Shown here: positions 18,959-28,704 of the stretch, piece by piece | Layout of the letters: each line of letters opens with the position of its first letter | Position numbering within the stretch: position 1 is the stretch's first letter | Origin: Alphaproteobacteria bacterium | GTDB lineage: Bacteria; Pseudomonadota; Alphaproteobacteria; RF32; CAG-239 | Assembly: GCA_017475705.1 (NCBI GenBank) | Contig: JAFVFB010000005.1 | Location: 1,405 to 65,404 of the forward strand | Length of the DNA: 64,000 nt | Direction: 5' to 3' | Position numbers and translations under genes: made by a program | Notes under the pieces: model-generated | What the model saw: the letters and a program-made list of their open reading frames with translations, nothing else | Told to the model about the DNA's origin: nothing | The model's database searches: none

Positions 18959-19838
18959 TTTTTTTCTTTTATATGGGCAAACTCCATACCACATTTAATT
19001 TTTTTCTCTGCAACTAAATCTTTATTCCACACAATTTTGTTTTTTGGGAAAACGCAAATGACTGTGCTTCCAAGCATAAACCGCCCTAATTCCTCGCCTT
19101 TCTTTAAGGAAATGCTTTGTTTGGTATAGTCTGTTACTTGTATTTCCTTTTTAGCAGCAGGGGCTACTGTTCCTGCAAAAGCTGTTGCAATACTTGCTAC
19201 AATCGTCGCACCAACCATAACAACAGCGAACCTTCCTATTTGATCATTTTTGAAAATGCAAATTACACGCTCATTACGTGCAAATAAATTATCTATATTT
19301 TGGGCACTGGATGGATTAACAGAAAACAACTCTCCAGGCACATATATCATTTTTTCTAACTGTCCATCTAAAGGCATATGCACACGATGATAATCTTTAG
19401 GTGAAAGATACGTTGTTATAAAAGACCCGTTTTCAAATATTTACTATCCTTCTGATTGCCTCCCAATAATGTTTCCAAACTATAATAATGGCCTTTGGCT
19501 TGGATGATTGCATCGGTATATATTGCACCATATTCACTAATCATTCCATCAGCCGGAGAGGCTAATGCTTTTTTATCTGCCGCAATTGGGCGAGCACCTA
19601 CTTTCAGTGCTCTTGTGAAAAAATCATTAAATGTTTTAAATTCTTCTACATTTTGAATTGCAGCTTCTTGCATATCAACTTTATAGTATTTAATAAAATT
19701 TTTAATTAAGAAAGTGGTTACAGTTCCCATTTCTGCTGCAGCTAATTTACCAATTAAGCGTGAGATTATTTTCTTGGGTAAAAAATACTGTGATTTAATC
19801 TTTACTGTTTCTAACAATGATTGCATACTCATCTCCAT
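18955..19838 (-). pseudogene. psd: Phosphatidylserine decarboxylase interrupted by a 1-nt frameshift near 19435
   Basis: ORFs 19416-19838 and 18955-19383 are collinear with Psd. At the junction, the sequence reads KYLKTGLL* as written. With one extra T it reads [27 protein letters not shown]. The LGST self-cleavage motif is present. Confidence 0.8.
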
Positions 19839-19918
19839 TTACAATATTTGTCTATCATTTTATATGTTTCCTAAAAAAAAACAAGCCTAATTTTTGATTT
19901 TCAGCTTGTTTTGATAGG

Positions 19919-20626
19919 TTAATTTGCTTGAGATGGCCGCAATTTTCTTGCCAGTACTTCCGTTAGATTTTCAACATCAATGCTGTAATTGATGTATATC
20001 TTGCGGGCAAAGGCTTCTATCTCGCTTTCTGGTTCTGTAGCGTGTTCCGCAAGCAAGAAATATCTTGCTACCTGCTCTATCGGATACTTATGTATTTGGT
20101 ATAACCAACCAAAAACATTGAAGCTATTTGCTGCAAAAATCCGCCGATGAAAATCATCTGCCATCATTTTGTAAATTTTATCGAACACCTCTCCTCGGCG
20201 ATCATTTTGAAAATCAAATACATAACGCCCATCGGATATAATTCCTTTTAGAATCTGACGATTCAAGTGCTGTATGCATGAAATACTCAAAAATGGCCAT
20301 GCGCAAATTTTATCCAAGTTTTCCGCCGATAAATCATTCACCAGTGTTAAGAAATTTACGATAACTTCATCATCATTGGTTTTGAAAAATTTTTCAGCAA
20401 TTTCCAGAGATGGTACCTTTACCCGAATCGGGATAAAATTATGTCCCTTATCATCTTCTTCATATACTCCGGCATAAGCACGCAGAGGCTCAGACATGCC
20501 TGAATTACGTAGAAACGCACTGTATTTTTGTGGTTCTTTACGCCAATAAGCTAAAATTTCTTCAGCTTGTTCTTTGGTCAACACTCTCTGATAGAGAAGT
20601 TGTTCTTTTAGTTTTTTGTACTCCAT
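19919..20626 (-). CDS. Hypothetical protein
   Basis: 235 aa ORF. No motif recognised. Confidence 0.55.
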   Translation of the reverse strand: MEYKKLKEQLLYQRVLTKEQAEEILAYWRKEPQKYSAFLRNSGMSEPLRAYAGVYEEDDKGHNFIPIRVKVPSLEIAEKFFKTNDDEVIVNFLTLVNDLSAENLDKICAWPFLSISCIQHLNRQILKGIISDGRYVFDFQNDRRGEVFDKIYKMMADDFHRRIFAANSFNVFGWLYQIHKYPIEQVARYFLLAEHATEPESEIEAFARKIYINYSIDVENLTEVLARKLRPSQAN

Positions 20627-20851
20627 AACAATTTTTTTAGTTAGACATTATAATATATTTTCTGTTTCTCTATACTTGTTTTATTTATCTTTGTCAATTA
20701 TTTTCTAGACAAAAGTATTGATTTTTTTATTTTATTATGTTAAGTATAATTTTATCAAAGTACTTATTATGCTGATTTATTATGCTTTTATTTTTAGCTT
20801 TAAGACTTTGACAAATAGAAAAATGAAAAATAATCCTTAAAAAATTTGCTT

Positions 20852-22492
20852 ATGTATAGAAAAAATCTTTTTTTATGCTTTTACTTCTGCTTAGGAGTGT
20901 TAGCATTGTTTGGTTCTTGTGATGAATCGGAAAATGCCTCCAATGGTGGCAACACCGGCCATAATGGCTCCTTATCATATGCCTGGTCTTCTATTCAAAA
21001 TGCTGATACAATGACGCTATTTTGTATACAATCCCTCATTTATAAAGATAAGCATGGGGAAAATACAATTTATCCTGTTGCATCGGTTAAAATTTGGCCT
21101 AAGTATCCGACGAGGAGTTATCAAATTGGTAAGAATCCGACTCCGATTTATCTTCAATCTACAATGAAAAGTGGTTACAGCGGTATTAATCCTAGATATC
21201 GCACAATCACCCAAGAAATTTCTATGGATGACGGGCAAATTTTTATGGCTGAAATCCAATCTGAAATTCATTCCTACTCTCGATATGGGCGAGAATTTTT
21301 CTATCCTTATATTGAGTTACAAGCTCTTGTGTTTACTAAAGCTATTGTGCAACATACTGATGATATGTCTACCGCTTATATTAGCTTTAGAGTTCCTTGG
21401 ACTATCAGTAATAATACTAGTTTTGGAAATCAGGAAATTACGCTTTCTTACAAAAAGCAAGCTTCTTCTCAGATCGACAAACTCTTGCATACGTCTTTTG
21501 CACAACAAGTTGAATGGTATACAGATAATTCGTTCGTTTTAGCTGTTGAAAAAACCGAGACTTGGGAAAAATCGGGTCAGAAAATAACTTCACACTATTC
21601 TCCACCGCTTAATTTTAACATCGTCGGTTCAGATAACAAGTCGATTAATGTTTCTGATTTTGATTTCAAGGGAATTGTACAATCTTCGTCTTCTAATTGG
21701 AAAAAGTCTCATTCTGATGGATGGCAAATCAGTCAGCGAGATGTCAGACAAACAGTTCGTTTTTCAAATGGCATCGAATATTTTGATGATACATTTGATT
21801 ACCCTGTTTATGATGTCTGCCTGCAATGGGAAGGGCAAACATTTAATTTTGATTTATCTGTTGCTATTAATGTCGCTTATCAAATTAACATTTTAAGCTC
21901 CATTAAAGCTAGAAATCTCTCGACAGCAAATGTCCTATTGGCTAATAGACATTTTTCCGCTGAGGTTGCATCTGAACTTATAAAAGCTGTTCCAGATATT
22001 GCGGATACAGAGACTATCCCAGATAATGGTCTTCCTTATGGCAAAATTATTGGTTTTGCTGTCAGTGCGGTTTTTGATCCTGCTGCGCTTACCAATCATT
22101 CAGAAATTACTAAAAAATGTGTTTTAATTCATTACGAAACAGGTTATCAATGGGGGATATGTGATTATAATCAGTCTTTTCCCAAAGAATTTACTTTTGT
22201 TCGTCATAATTACAATGCGTTTAACTCTGTAGCTAAGGAAACACCAACAGCTGAATTTCGATTAGCTCAGGCTGTCGATATGCCCACTGCTATTTTCTGG
22301 TATGATGCTCAAAATCATCAGATTAATGGGATTGATGCCCTTACATGCAAGATTAAAGGATGGAAAAATATTGTTGACGGCCATTACGTTTCGGCTATCA
22401 GTTCTTATCAGGCGCAGTATTTAAGTTCTTATCTTCTTAAACTATCATCCCCTGATGGGCAGAGTATGACTTTTGCTTCTCGACCATACTAA
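20852..22492 (+). CDS. Large hypothetical lipoprotein
   Basis: ATG at 20852. Lipobox LFGS-C. About 520 aa mature protein with no recognised domain. Confidence 0.65.
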   Translation: MYRKNLFLCFYFCLGVLALFGSCDESENASNGGNTGHNGSLSYAWSSIQNADTMTLFCIQSLIYKDKHGENTIYPVASVKIWPKYPTRSYQIGKNPTPIYLQSTMKSGYSGINPRYRTITQEISMDDGQIFMAEIQSEIHSYSRYGREFFYPYIELQALVFTKAIVQHTDDMSTAYISFRVPWTISNNTSFGNQEITLSYKKQASSQIDKLLHTSFAQQVEWYTDNSFVLAVEKTETWEKSGQKITSHYSPPLNFNIVGSDNKSINVSDFDFKGIVQSSSSNWKKSHSDGWQISQRDVRQTVRFSNGIEYFDDTFDYPVYDVCLQWEGQTFNFDLSVAINVAYQINILSSIKARNLSTANVLLANRHFSAEVASELIKAVPDIADTETIPDNGLPYGKIIGFAVSAVFDPAALTNHSEITKKCVLIHYETGYQWGICDYNQSFPKEFTFVRHNYNAFNSVAKETPTAEFRLAQAVDMPTAIFWYDAQNHQINGIDALTCKIKGWKNIVDGHYVSAISSYQAQYLSSYLLKLSSPDGQSMTFASRPY

Positions 22493-22496
22493 TTAT

Positions 22497-22531
22497 AGAA
22501 TCTCAGGTTATATCTGAGATTCTTTTTTTTT
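22497..22531 (+). terminator. Intrinsic terminator
   Basis: AGAATCTCAG-N7-CTGAGATTCT followed by T8. Confidence 0.8.
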
Positions 22532-22607
22532 ACCCAAAATATTTTTTTGTTGATTTTTTGTTTAAAATGAATTATAAGTGTTGGTGTTTAAATATCAAGG
22601 AATAAAA

Positions 22608-24077
22608 ATGTCTGCTACTATTTATAAATATACTCATCATATTACTTGGCGAGATGTCCATGATGTACGCCATACTGCAGATATTGGCTCGAATAATTTG
22701 TCTCCTACGCAACTACGTTATTGTATTCAGCAATTTTATTCTTCTCGTTTACAGCAATTAGCTGAACTAGCTAATTTATTGGTTTCTCAGCAAAATATTT
22801 CTTATTTAAATGCTCTAGCTAAAGCTCGTTGTCAGCTGAAAAATAATATAATGAACGAAGTTATTCATCATAACGTTTTAGTTGCTTCAACTTTGAAAAA
22901 TTCTGAGCGGCATTCGTTTGATAATTTATCGAACATCAAGGGAAATATAAATCTCGATGATACATTTTCGGAAACAGACAGTGCCAAAGTTCTATTACGG
23001 AGCTGTTATAGCTATGAACTTTGCCTTATTATGTCTCATCTAAAAATCAAGGCTGAACATGCCTTAAAATTCAGAGAAGCTTTGGCTCGTTATTCTGGTT
23101 CCTTAAAAGATTTTTTTGATGATTTTTCTCATCAGAGGTTATCATACTTCCATAATATCAAAATTATTGATAAGAGACCAATTTTCTGCAAAGAAAAAGA
23201 ATTATCTGTACCTTCTCCTAAAATCTCTTTCCAAGGTTTTACCATACAAAAGAAATCTTTTTTTAATTGGTTATTAAACCATAAAAAATATTTTAAAATC
23301 AAAAATTGCCATTTAAATTTTGCTCTAAAAAAACAGATTTTTAGCAAATTTAAATTATCCCCCATGTATCTTTCTGTATGCAGGAATTCTATTAAATATG
23401 CGGCTATATCCATCCCTTTTGTGGCCTTTTCTGTTTTAGCTCCTAGGCAAGCTTATAGTTCTAAACCTTTGATTGATTTAAAAAAAATTAGCTATACTTT
23501 CAGCAAATCTTCTACGATACACCTCAATATTTTAGATAAAGCAAAAACGAATTTTGCTCAAGCCACTAATTTTATTGCATATAAATCTTCCTCTTCGTCG
23601 GTAAGTAATTCTGCTATTACATCTAGCGTGGTCAGGTATAATCAGAAGTCTACCCCTTTCTTAGATGTTAAACCTGTAGAGAGCTCTTCTTTGCGCATAT
23701 CTTCTCCTTACGGTTGGCGGCATCATCCCATTTCTGGAAGGAATAGCTTGCATAGCGGTGTTGATTATGCTGCACCAATGGGATCTAAGATTTATGCCAG
23801 TGCTGATGGAACGGTAGAACGAGCTCAATGGACTGGTGGATATGGGCAATATATTGTCATTCGCCATAATTCAGAATATTCTACAGGTTATGCCCATATG
23901 AGCCGTTTTGCTTATAATATCAAACCTGGCACTAAAGTTAAAAAGGGGCAGCTCATTGGTTATGTAGGATCAACTGGACGCTCCACAGGCCCACACCTTC
24001 ATTTTGAAGTTATCAGAAAAGGTAAAAAAATTAATCCGTTGACGTCAGGAAATTTCAAACTAACTGCAGAACGCTAA
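22608..24077 (+). CDS. M23 (LytM-type) peptidase with a long unrecognised N-terminal domain and one TM
   Basis: C-terminal HSGVDYAAP...GGYGQYIVIRH...GYAHMS...GSTGRSTGPHLHFEV. The TM-like segment YAAISIPFVAFSVLAP is preceded by about 270 aa with no recognised domain. Confidence 0.8.
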   Translation: MSATIYKYTHHITWRDVHDVRHTADIGSNNLSPTQLRYCIQQFYSSRLQQLAELANLLVSQQNISYLNALAKARCQLKNNIMNEVIHHNVLVASTLKNSERHSFDNLSNIKGNINLDDTFSETDSAKVLLRSCYSYELCLIMSHLKIKAEHALKFREALARYSGSLKDFFDDFSHQRLSYFHNIKIIDKRPIFCKEKELSVPSPKISFQGFTIQKKSFFNWLLNHKKYFKIKNCHLNFALKKQIFSKFKLSPMYLSVCRNSIKYAAISIPFVAFSVLAPRQAYSSKPLIDLKKISYTFSKSSTIHLNILDKAKTNFAQATNFIAYKSSSSSVSNSAITSSVVRYNQKSTPFLDVKPVESSSLRISSPYGWRHHPISGRNSLHSGVDYAAPMGSKIYASADGTVERAQWTGGYGQYIVIRHNSEYSTGYAHMSRFAYNIKPGTKVKKGQLIGYVGSTGRSTGPHLHFEVIRKGKKINPLTSGNFKLTAER

Positions 24078-24185
24078 AATTGTTATTTATAATATAAATT
24101 TTTGTGGGCAAAAGCTTGTTTAAATTGAAATCTTCCGGTCCTATTCTTATAATTATTCTCATGGTTTAATTTGAAAGCTAAAACG

Positions 24186-25628
24186 ATGTGGCGCCCGGTA
24201 TTTATGATTAATGGTTTTATTATGCTCGTGTTAGGAGCTATTATGATCATTCCTGCATTTGCGCAATTATATTATCATGGACATCTTGATTATGGCTTTA
24301 TCCAAAGTGCTCTTATTTCTATTTTCTTCGGAGGAATTTTCTTTCTCGCTAATTATGGGAAAATTCAGAAAATCTCTATTTTACAGGGCTATCTTATTAC
24401 GTTATGCTCGTGGTTTACGGCACCGCTTATTTGCGCCCTTCCTTTTTGGTATACTTATGGAATAGAGCATGTTTACGATGCAATCTTTGAAGCAACCGCC
24501 GGTATAACAACAACTAGTGCAACAATTTTAACAGATATTGAATCTCAACCAAAATCAATTCTTTTATGGCGATCTATGCTGAATGGTATAGGTGGAATTG
24601 GTATCGTCATTTTTGCAGTTGCTTTGTCACCTTTTCTTGGCACCGGTGGCATGCAACTTTTTAGTAAAGAAAATTCTGATACCGAAGAAAAATTTTTACC
24701 TAAAATACGCTATATTGCCGAAGATATTATCTTTGTATATATCCTGCTTAATATTACCTGCGCTGTGTGCTTAAAATTATTCGGCATGAATTGGTTTGAT
24801 GCGGCCACTTGGGCTATGGCAACCATAAGTACTGGTGGTTTTACTATAAAAAATACAGCGATTTCTTATTATGATGCTCCTGCTATTGAGGCTATTATTG
24901 CTATCTTTATGATCTTAGGGGCTTTACCGATTACTTATTTTATTCTTGTCTTTAAACGCAAATCAATTCATGCTATTTGGAATAACACCCAAGTAAATAC
25001 TTTTCTTAAATTAATTATAATTTACATCACTATTTTAACATTATATTATTCCTATCAAGACAACATTCCTTTTTCCCATGCTTTCAGAATCATTGCTTTT
25101 AATACTATTGCTGCCATTACCACGACGGGAATATACTCTTCTGATTATACACAATGGGGAAGTTGGTCTATTATCGTCTTTCTGATACTTTTTCTTCATG
25201 GTGGGTGTACTGGTTCTACTTCTGGTTCTATAAAAATTTTCCGTTGGCAAGTTATCGCATCCTTTTTTAAGAAATATTTTATTAATACCCTTTCTCCCAA
25301 TCAAGTGGTGCTAATGAAAGCGGGAGATAAAGTTATTGATGATAAAATTGTTGTTTCTGTCTTTGCATTAATTCTTTCTTTTGTTATCGCTATTTTATTC
25401 TTTACACTAGTTATATGCTTTACTGGGATTGATTTTATGACGGCCCTAGGTGCTGTTATTGGTACAGTTACCGGTGTGGGGAGCGGTTTAACAGCTGCCA
25501 CAGGTCCCCACGGCAATTTTGCCTTTTTTAGCCCTATAGTTAAGTATATTCTTTCTTTTGTTATGGTGTTAGGGCGTTTAGAAGTCATTACTGTTTTTGT
25601 ACTGTTTGGAAAAATCCGTTGGCGCTAA
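24186..25628 (+). CDS. trkH: Trk-type potassium uptake protein TrkH
   Basis: About 480 aa polytopic protein. Repeated pore-loop-like T(T/S)TG/GGF motifs (AGITTTS, ISTGGFT, ITTTGIY, TGSTSGSIK). Confidence 0.85.
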   Translation: MWRPVFMINGFIMLVLGAIMIIPAFAQLYYHGHLDYGFIQSALISIFFGGIFFLANYGKIQKISILQGYLITLCSWFTAPLICALPFWYTYGIEHVYDAIFEATAGITTTSATILTDIESQPKSILLWRSMLNGIGGIGIVIFAVALSPFLGTGGMQLFSKENSDTEEKFLPKIRYIAEDIIFVYILLNITCAVCLKLFGMNWFDAATWAMATISTGGFTIKNTAISYYDAPAIEAIIAIFMILGALPITYFILVFKRKSIHAIWNNTQVNTFLKLIIIYITILTLYYSYQDNIPFSHAFRIIAFNTIAAITTTGIYSSDYTQWGSWSIIVFLILFLHGGCTGSTSGSIKIFRWQVIASFFKKYFINTLSPNQVVLMKAGDKVIDDKIVVSVFALILSFVIAILFFTLVICFTGIDFMTALGAVIGTVTGVGSGLTAATGPHGNFAFFSPIVKYILSFVMVLGRLEVITVFVLFGKIRWR

Positions 25629-25644
25629 ATTTTGGTAAATATGA

Positions 25645-25672
25645 TTGACATCACAAAAAACATTCTTATACT
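25645..25672 (+). promoter_or_regulatory. Sigma70-like promoter candidate
   Basis: TTGACA at 25645-25650, 16-nt spacer, TATACT at 25667-25672. Confidence 0.4.
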
Positions 25673-25708
25673 TGTTATTAAATTTTTATTACTTAAATAA
25701 TCAATATT

Positions 25709-26521
25709 ATGGATGTATTAGGAAAAATTTCTCAACCTGAACAGTATTATCCGGTTGACAATCACTTTATTTTAAGTGATTCGCTTGAAGCTTCTGATTA
25801 CTTCAAAGATGAGCTGGGGGAGAATGGTGTGGTATGCTTGGTTTTGGCTAAGTTTGCTTCTCTCTCTTGTCCTTTTGCCGTGCTGTGGGCTTATATTTCC
25901 CTTGCAAAACATAAGCTCTTAGGATTGGCACCTGTCTTTAAGATGGATTCGTTGAACAATATCAGTCACATTGCTATAACAGATGTCGAAGTGATTGACA
26001 ATGAAACATTTTTTTATTGGAAAGATGCAATTCATGCTGCGGTTTTGACAGAAGATCAACAAATTGCTGTGCGTCAAGTACGAGCTGTTTTATGTTCTAC
26101 GGATATGCAACAACTTTTACAACTTTCTATGGATCAGTTTTGTAGTTGCGTTTACCCTGTTAAACTTTTTAAACGTAGTACGGGAGAGTTTCTGGCTGTC
26201 TTTTGGCTAATAGAAATTGATGATAGCAGATGTGCTTTTGAAGCGGTTTGCTGCGATGAAACGCCTATGGACTTTAGTAATAGCTTTTTGAAAGATACTT
26301 TCTATCACGTGATAGAACCTGGTGAAAAAGTTATTATTGATGGTGCTTATTACAAAGTTTGTAATCACCCTAAAGTTGGCTATTATTTTGAGCGTTTACC
26401 GTTTATTGCAACTGCGGAGGATCTGCAGAGAGAAAATATCCCTCAACAGCTTTTTATGAATCTTTCAAAGCAAAAAGACCTACCCAAGCTGCGCATTGCT
26501 TCCATTAAGCCCAAGAAGTAA
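25709..26521 (+). CDS. Hypothetical Cys-rich protein
   Basis: 270 aa ORF. No motif recognised. Confidence 0.55.
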   Translation: MDVLGKISQPEQYYPVDNHFILSDSLEASDYFKDELGENGVVCLVLAKFASLSCPFAVLWAYISLAKHKLLGLAPVFKMDSLNNISHIAITDVEVIDNETFFYWKDAIHAAVLTEDQQIAVRQVRAVLCSTDMQQLLQLSMDQFCSCVYPVKLFKRSTGEFLAVFWLIEIDDSRCAFEAVCCDETPMDFSNSFLKDTFYHVIEPGEKVIIDGAYYKVCNHPKVGYYFERLPFIATAEDLQRENIPQQLFMNLSKQKDLPKLRIASIKPKK

Positions 26522-26530
26522 AGACTCTGA

Positions 26531-26557
26531 AAAGGTGTAGTTATTGACTACACCTTT
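26531..26557. terminator. Bidirectional terminator
   Basis: AAAGGTGTAGT-TATTG-ACTACACCTTT, flanked by A/T runs and lying between convergent genes. Confidence 0.75.
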
Positions 26558-27067
26558 TTATTTTGAGGTCGACCCAAATCCACCATTGCGTATTGCTGTG
26601 ACATTATCGTCATAAGTAATGCCGAACGGTAAAAAAATTCCCTGACAGATTGGATCACCTGCTTTGATTTCCAATACCTTTTCGTTTCGATTATCATTCG
26701 TCATCTTCACAAAAATATGCCCTTCATTATCTGAATAGTAGTAATCACTATCAATGATTCCCATGGTATTATCCATTTGCAAACGATATTTAAATCCCAG
26801 CCCAGACTTCGGCACAATACCTAAAAACCATCCCTGCTCTATTTTTACACGGACACCGGTCGGCAATAAAATATTTTCTTGCGGTTTAAGGGTTATAGCA
26901 ATTGGGGTAAAAAAATCATATCCGGCTGAACCATTTGTTGCTCGGCATGGCAACTTTATTTGCTGATACAATTCTTGTATTTCCGCTGTTGTATCTACAA
27001 AGATTTTCTCCCATGCCTGTTGGAATTGCTTAAATGTTACTTTTTCAAAAAGACCAATCCTTTGCAT
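26558..27067 (-). CDS. dut: dUTP diphosphatase (YncF/phage-like trimeric type with N-terminal extension)
   Basis: GSAGYDFFTP, GIIDSDYY..NEGHIF and a C-terminal RNGGFGST motif. ATG 27067 follows an AAGGA SD. Confidence 0.8.
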   Translation of the reverse strand: MQRIGLFEKVTFKQFQQAWEKIFVDTTAEIQELYQQIKLPCRATNGSAGYDFFTPIAITLKPQENILLPTGVRVKIEQGWFLGIVPKSGLGFKYRLQMDNTMGIIDSDYYYSDNEGHIFVKMTNDNRNEKVLEIKAGDPICQGIFLPFGITYDDNVTAIRNGGFGSTSK

Positions 27068-27197
27068 TGTAATTTCCTTTGCTGTTTTTTTCAAGGTGGC
27101 AAAAAAACAGATTTATTGCAACAATTATCCTATTTTTTCCTCACTTTCTTATCTGTTTATACAAAAATCCCCGCTGCCTATGCAACGGGGACTTTTG

Positions 27198-28352
27198 TTA
27201 CTGATTCTGAATAGGATGAATATTAACCATCTGATCCAGATTAATCATTGGCTGTGCTCCTCCAAAAACAGTTGGGAAATGCTCTGCCAGAACTTTCTTA
27301 ACAAGAATTGGATTGAGGTTATAGATCTTAGCTAATTCCTCGATCTTCTCGTTCTTTGCACCTTCTGTCAGCTTGATGGCCTCGGCTTCACCTTCAGCCT
27401 TAATCCTTAGGATTTCACGCTGGCCTTCTGCGGTAACAATCGCTTCCTGTTTCTTTTGTTCGGCCTCAGCAACGGCTGCCTTAGCAACCGCTACTTTTGC
27501 TCGAGCCTCTTCGTAGGCTGATTCGAAGATTACTTTATTGATCTTTAGATCAAATGATAGGAAGTAATTTTCTCCAACCACATGCTCCTTCCAGGGAATT
27601 TGGACCTCTCGTAATGCACCGTTTCCATCATCTTCGTACACAGAGGTGTAGTCAATCAGCTCCAGCAGAGGAACCTCTTCTGTTGAACCATTCTCATCTA
27701 ATTTGATGGCGGTGATGTCATCTGATTTGAATGAATAGCAGTTCATTTCATGACTAGAGGTTATACCTGCCTGAGCTGATATTTCCGAACATTTTCGCTC
27801 AATTTCTTGAGCGATAAGCTTGGAAGCGATTTCCTCAATCTTCCCCTTTTGGGTTTGTAATTGAGGATAGGTTAATTTTGATACAAACGTATCAAAATTT
27901 GCATCTAGCCATTTATGAATGTGGCTATCATAGTAATTTGTTCCCATGGTTTTGTATACCAAGTGAACAAGTTTAGGATTGAGCTGATACGTTATGGTGT
28001 ATTCCACGGTGATATTGTTCCGTGTCAACACCTTTTTTGTATCCACCTCGCTTTTCGTAATTACCCGAATATCCATCAGGAATGTGTCGGTAATATACGG
28101 TATTACCAGATGTAGGCCATCGGCATAACTTGCATTGGTTAACTTGCCTAATACAGTTTTGTATCCTGCGTACCCTGTCGGCACAATCCAGATACTGAGT
28201 ATTGCGACACATAGCACAAATACACCAAGGCCGATAAATAGCCACACTCCTAAACTAAAAAGTATGGATGCTATCATCAAACCTACTGCAATCACCACCA
28301 AGAACTTTGCCCAGCTCTTGATCATCTCGAACTTGCTTAAAAACTCATTCAT
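27198..28352 (-). CDS. SPFH/band-7 (prohibitin-family) membrane protein with an internal insertion
   Basis: 384 aa. N-terminal TMs, an SPFH core (GYKTVLGKL...LHLVIPYI) and an Ala/Glu-rich coiled coil (EARAKVAVAKAAVAEAEQKKQEAIVTAEGQRE). Confidence 0.75.
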   Translation of the reverse strand: MNEFLSKFEMIKSWAKFLVVIAVGLMIASILFSLGVWLFIGLGVFVLCVAILSIWIVPTGYAGYKTVLGKLTNASYADGLHLVIPYITDTFLMDIRVITKSEVDTKKVLTRNNITVEYTITYQLNPKLVHLVYKTMGTNYYDSHIHKWLDANFDTFVSKLTYPQLQTQKGKIEEIASKLIAQEIERKCSEISAQAGITSSHEMNCYSFKSDDITAIKLDENGSTEEVPLLELIDYTSVYEDDGNGALREVQIPWKEHVVGENYFLSFDLKINKVIFESAYEEARAKVAVAKAAVAEAEQKKQEAIVTAEGQREILRIKAEGEAEAIKLTEGAKNEKIEELAKIYNLNPILVKKVLAEHFPTVFGGAQPMINLDQMVNIHPIQNQ

Positions 28353-28704
28353 ATCTCTTTTTTTTAGAGGATAACAGTCTTGTTGTTTGTTTAATATTTA
28401 TTTTAACCATTTATATTTTGCCATCTCTCAACGCATGAGCATCAGTGTCAAGTTAATCACCTTCTAAGCAAAATCGTAAAAAGTGACAAAAAGAAAATTT
28501 GACTGCTTTAGCATCTCATTTTCCTTAAGTCTAAATATGCGCAAACAATAGTCTCTGCACCGTATTAATAATTAATATATGTATACATTTTAGAACTATT
28601 ATGTATCACATTTTTCAGGTTTTGTCAATATATTTTGACTAAAAATATTTTTGAGGATCTCATAAAGTACTAGCACTGATGATAATGCAAAAATTATGAT
28701 TTTT

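Noticed and set aside
27915-28374. ORFs nested in or antisense to the SPFH gene (27915-28115 +, 27973-28245 -, 28135-28374 +).
   Set aside because: They overlap a well-supported CDS and show no independent signals.
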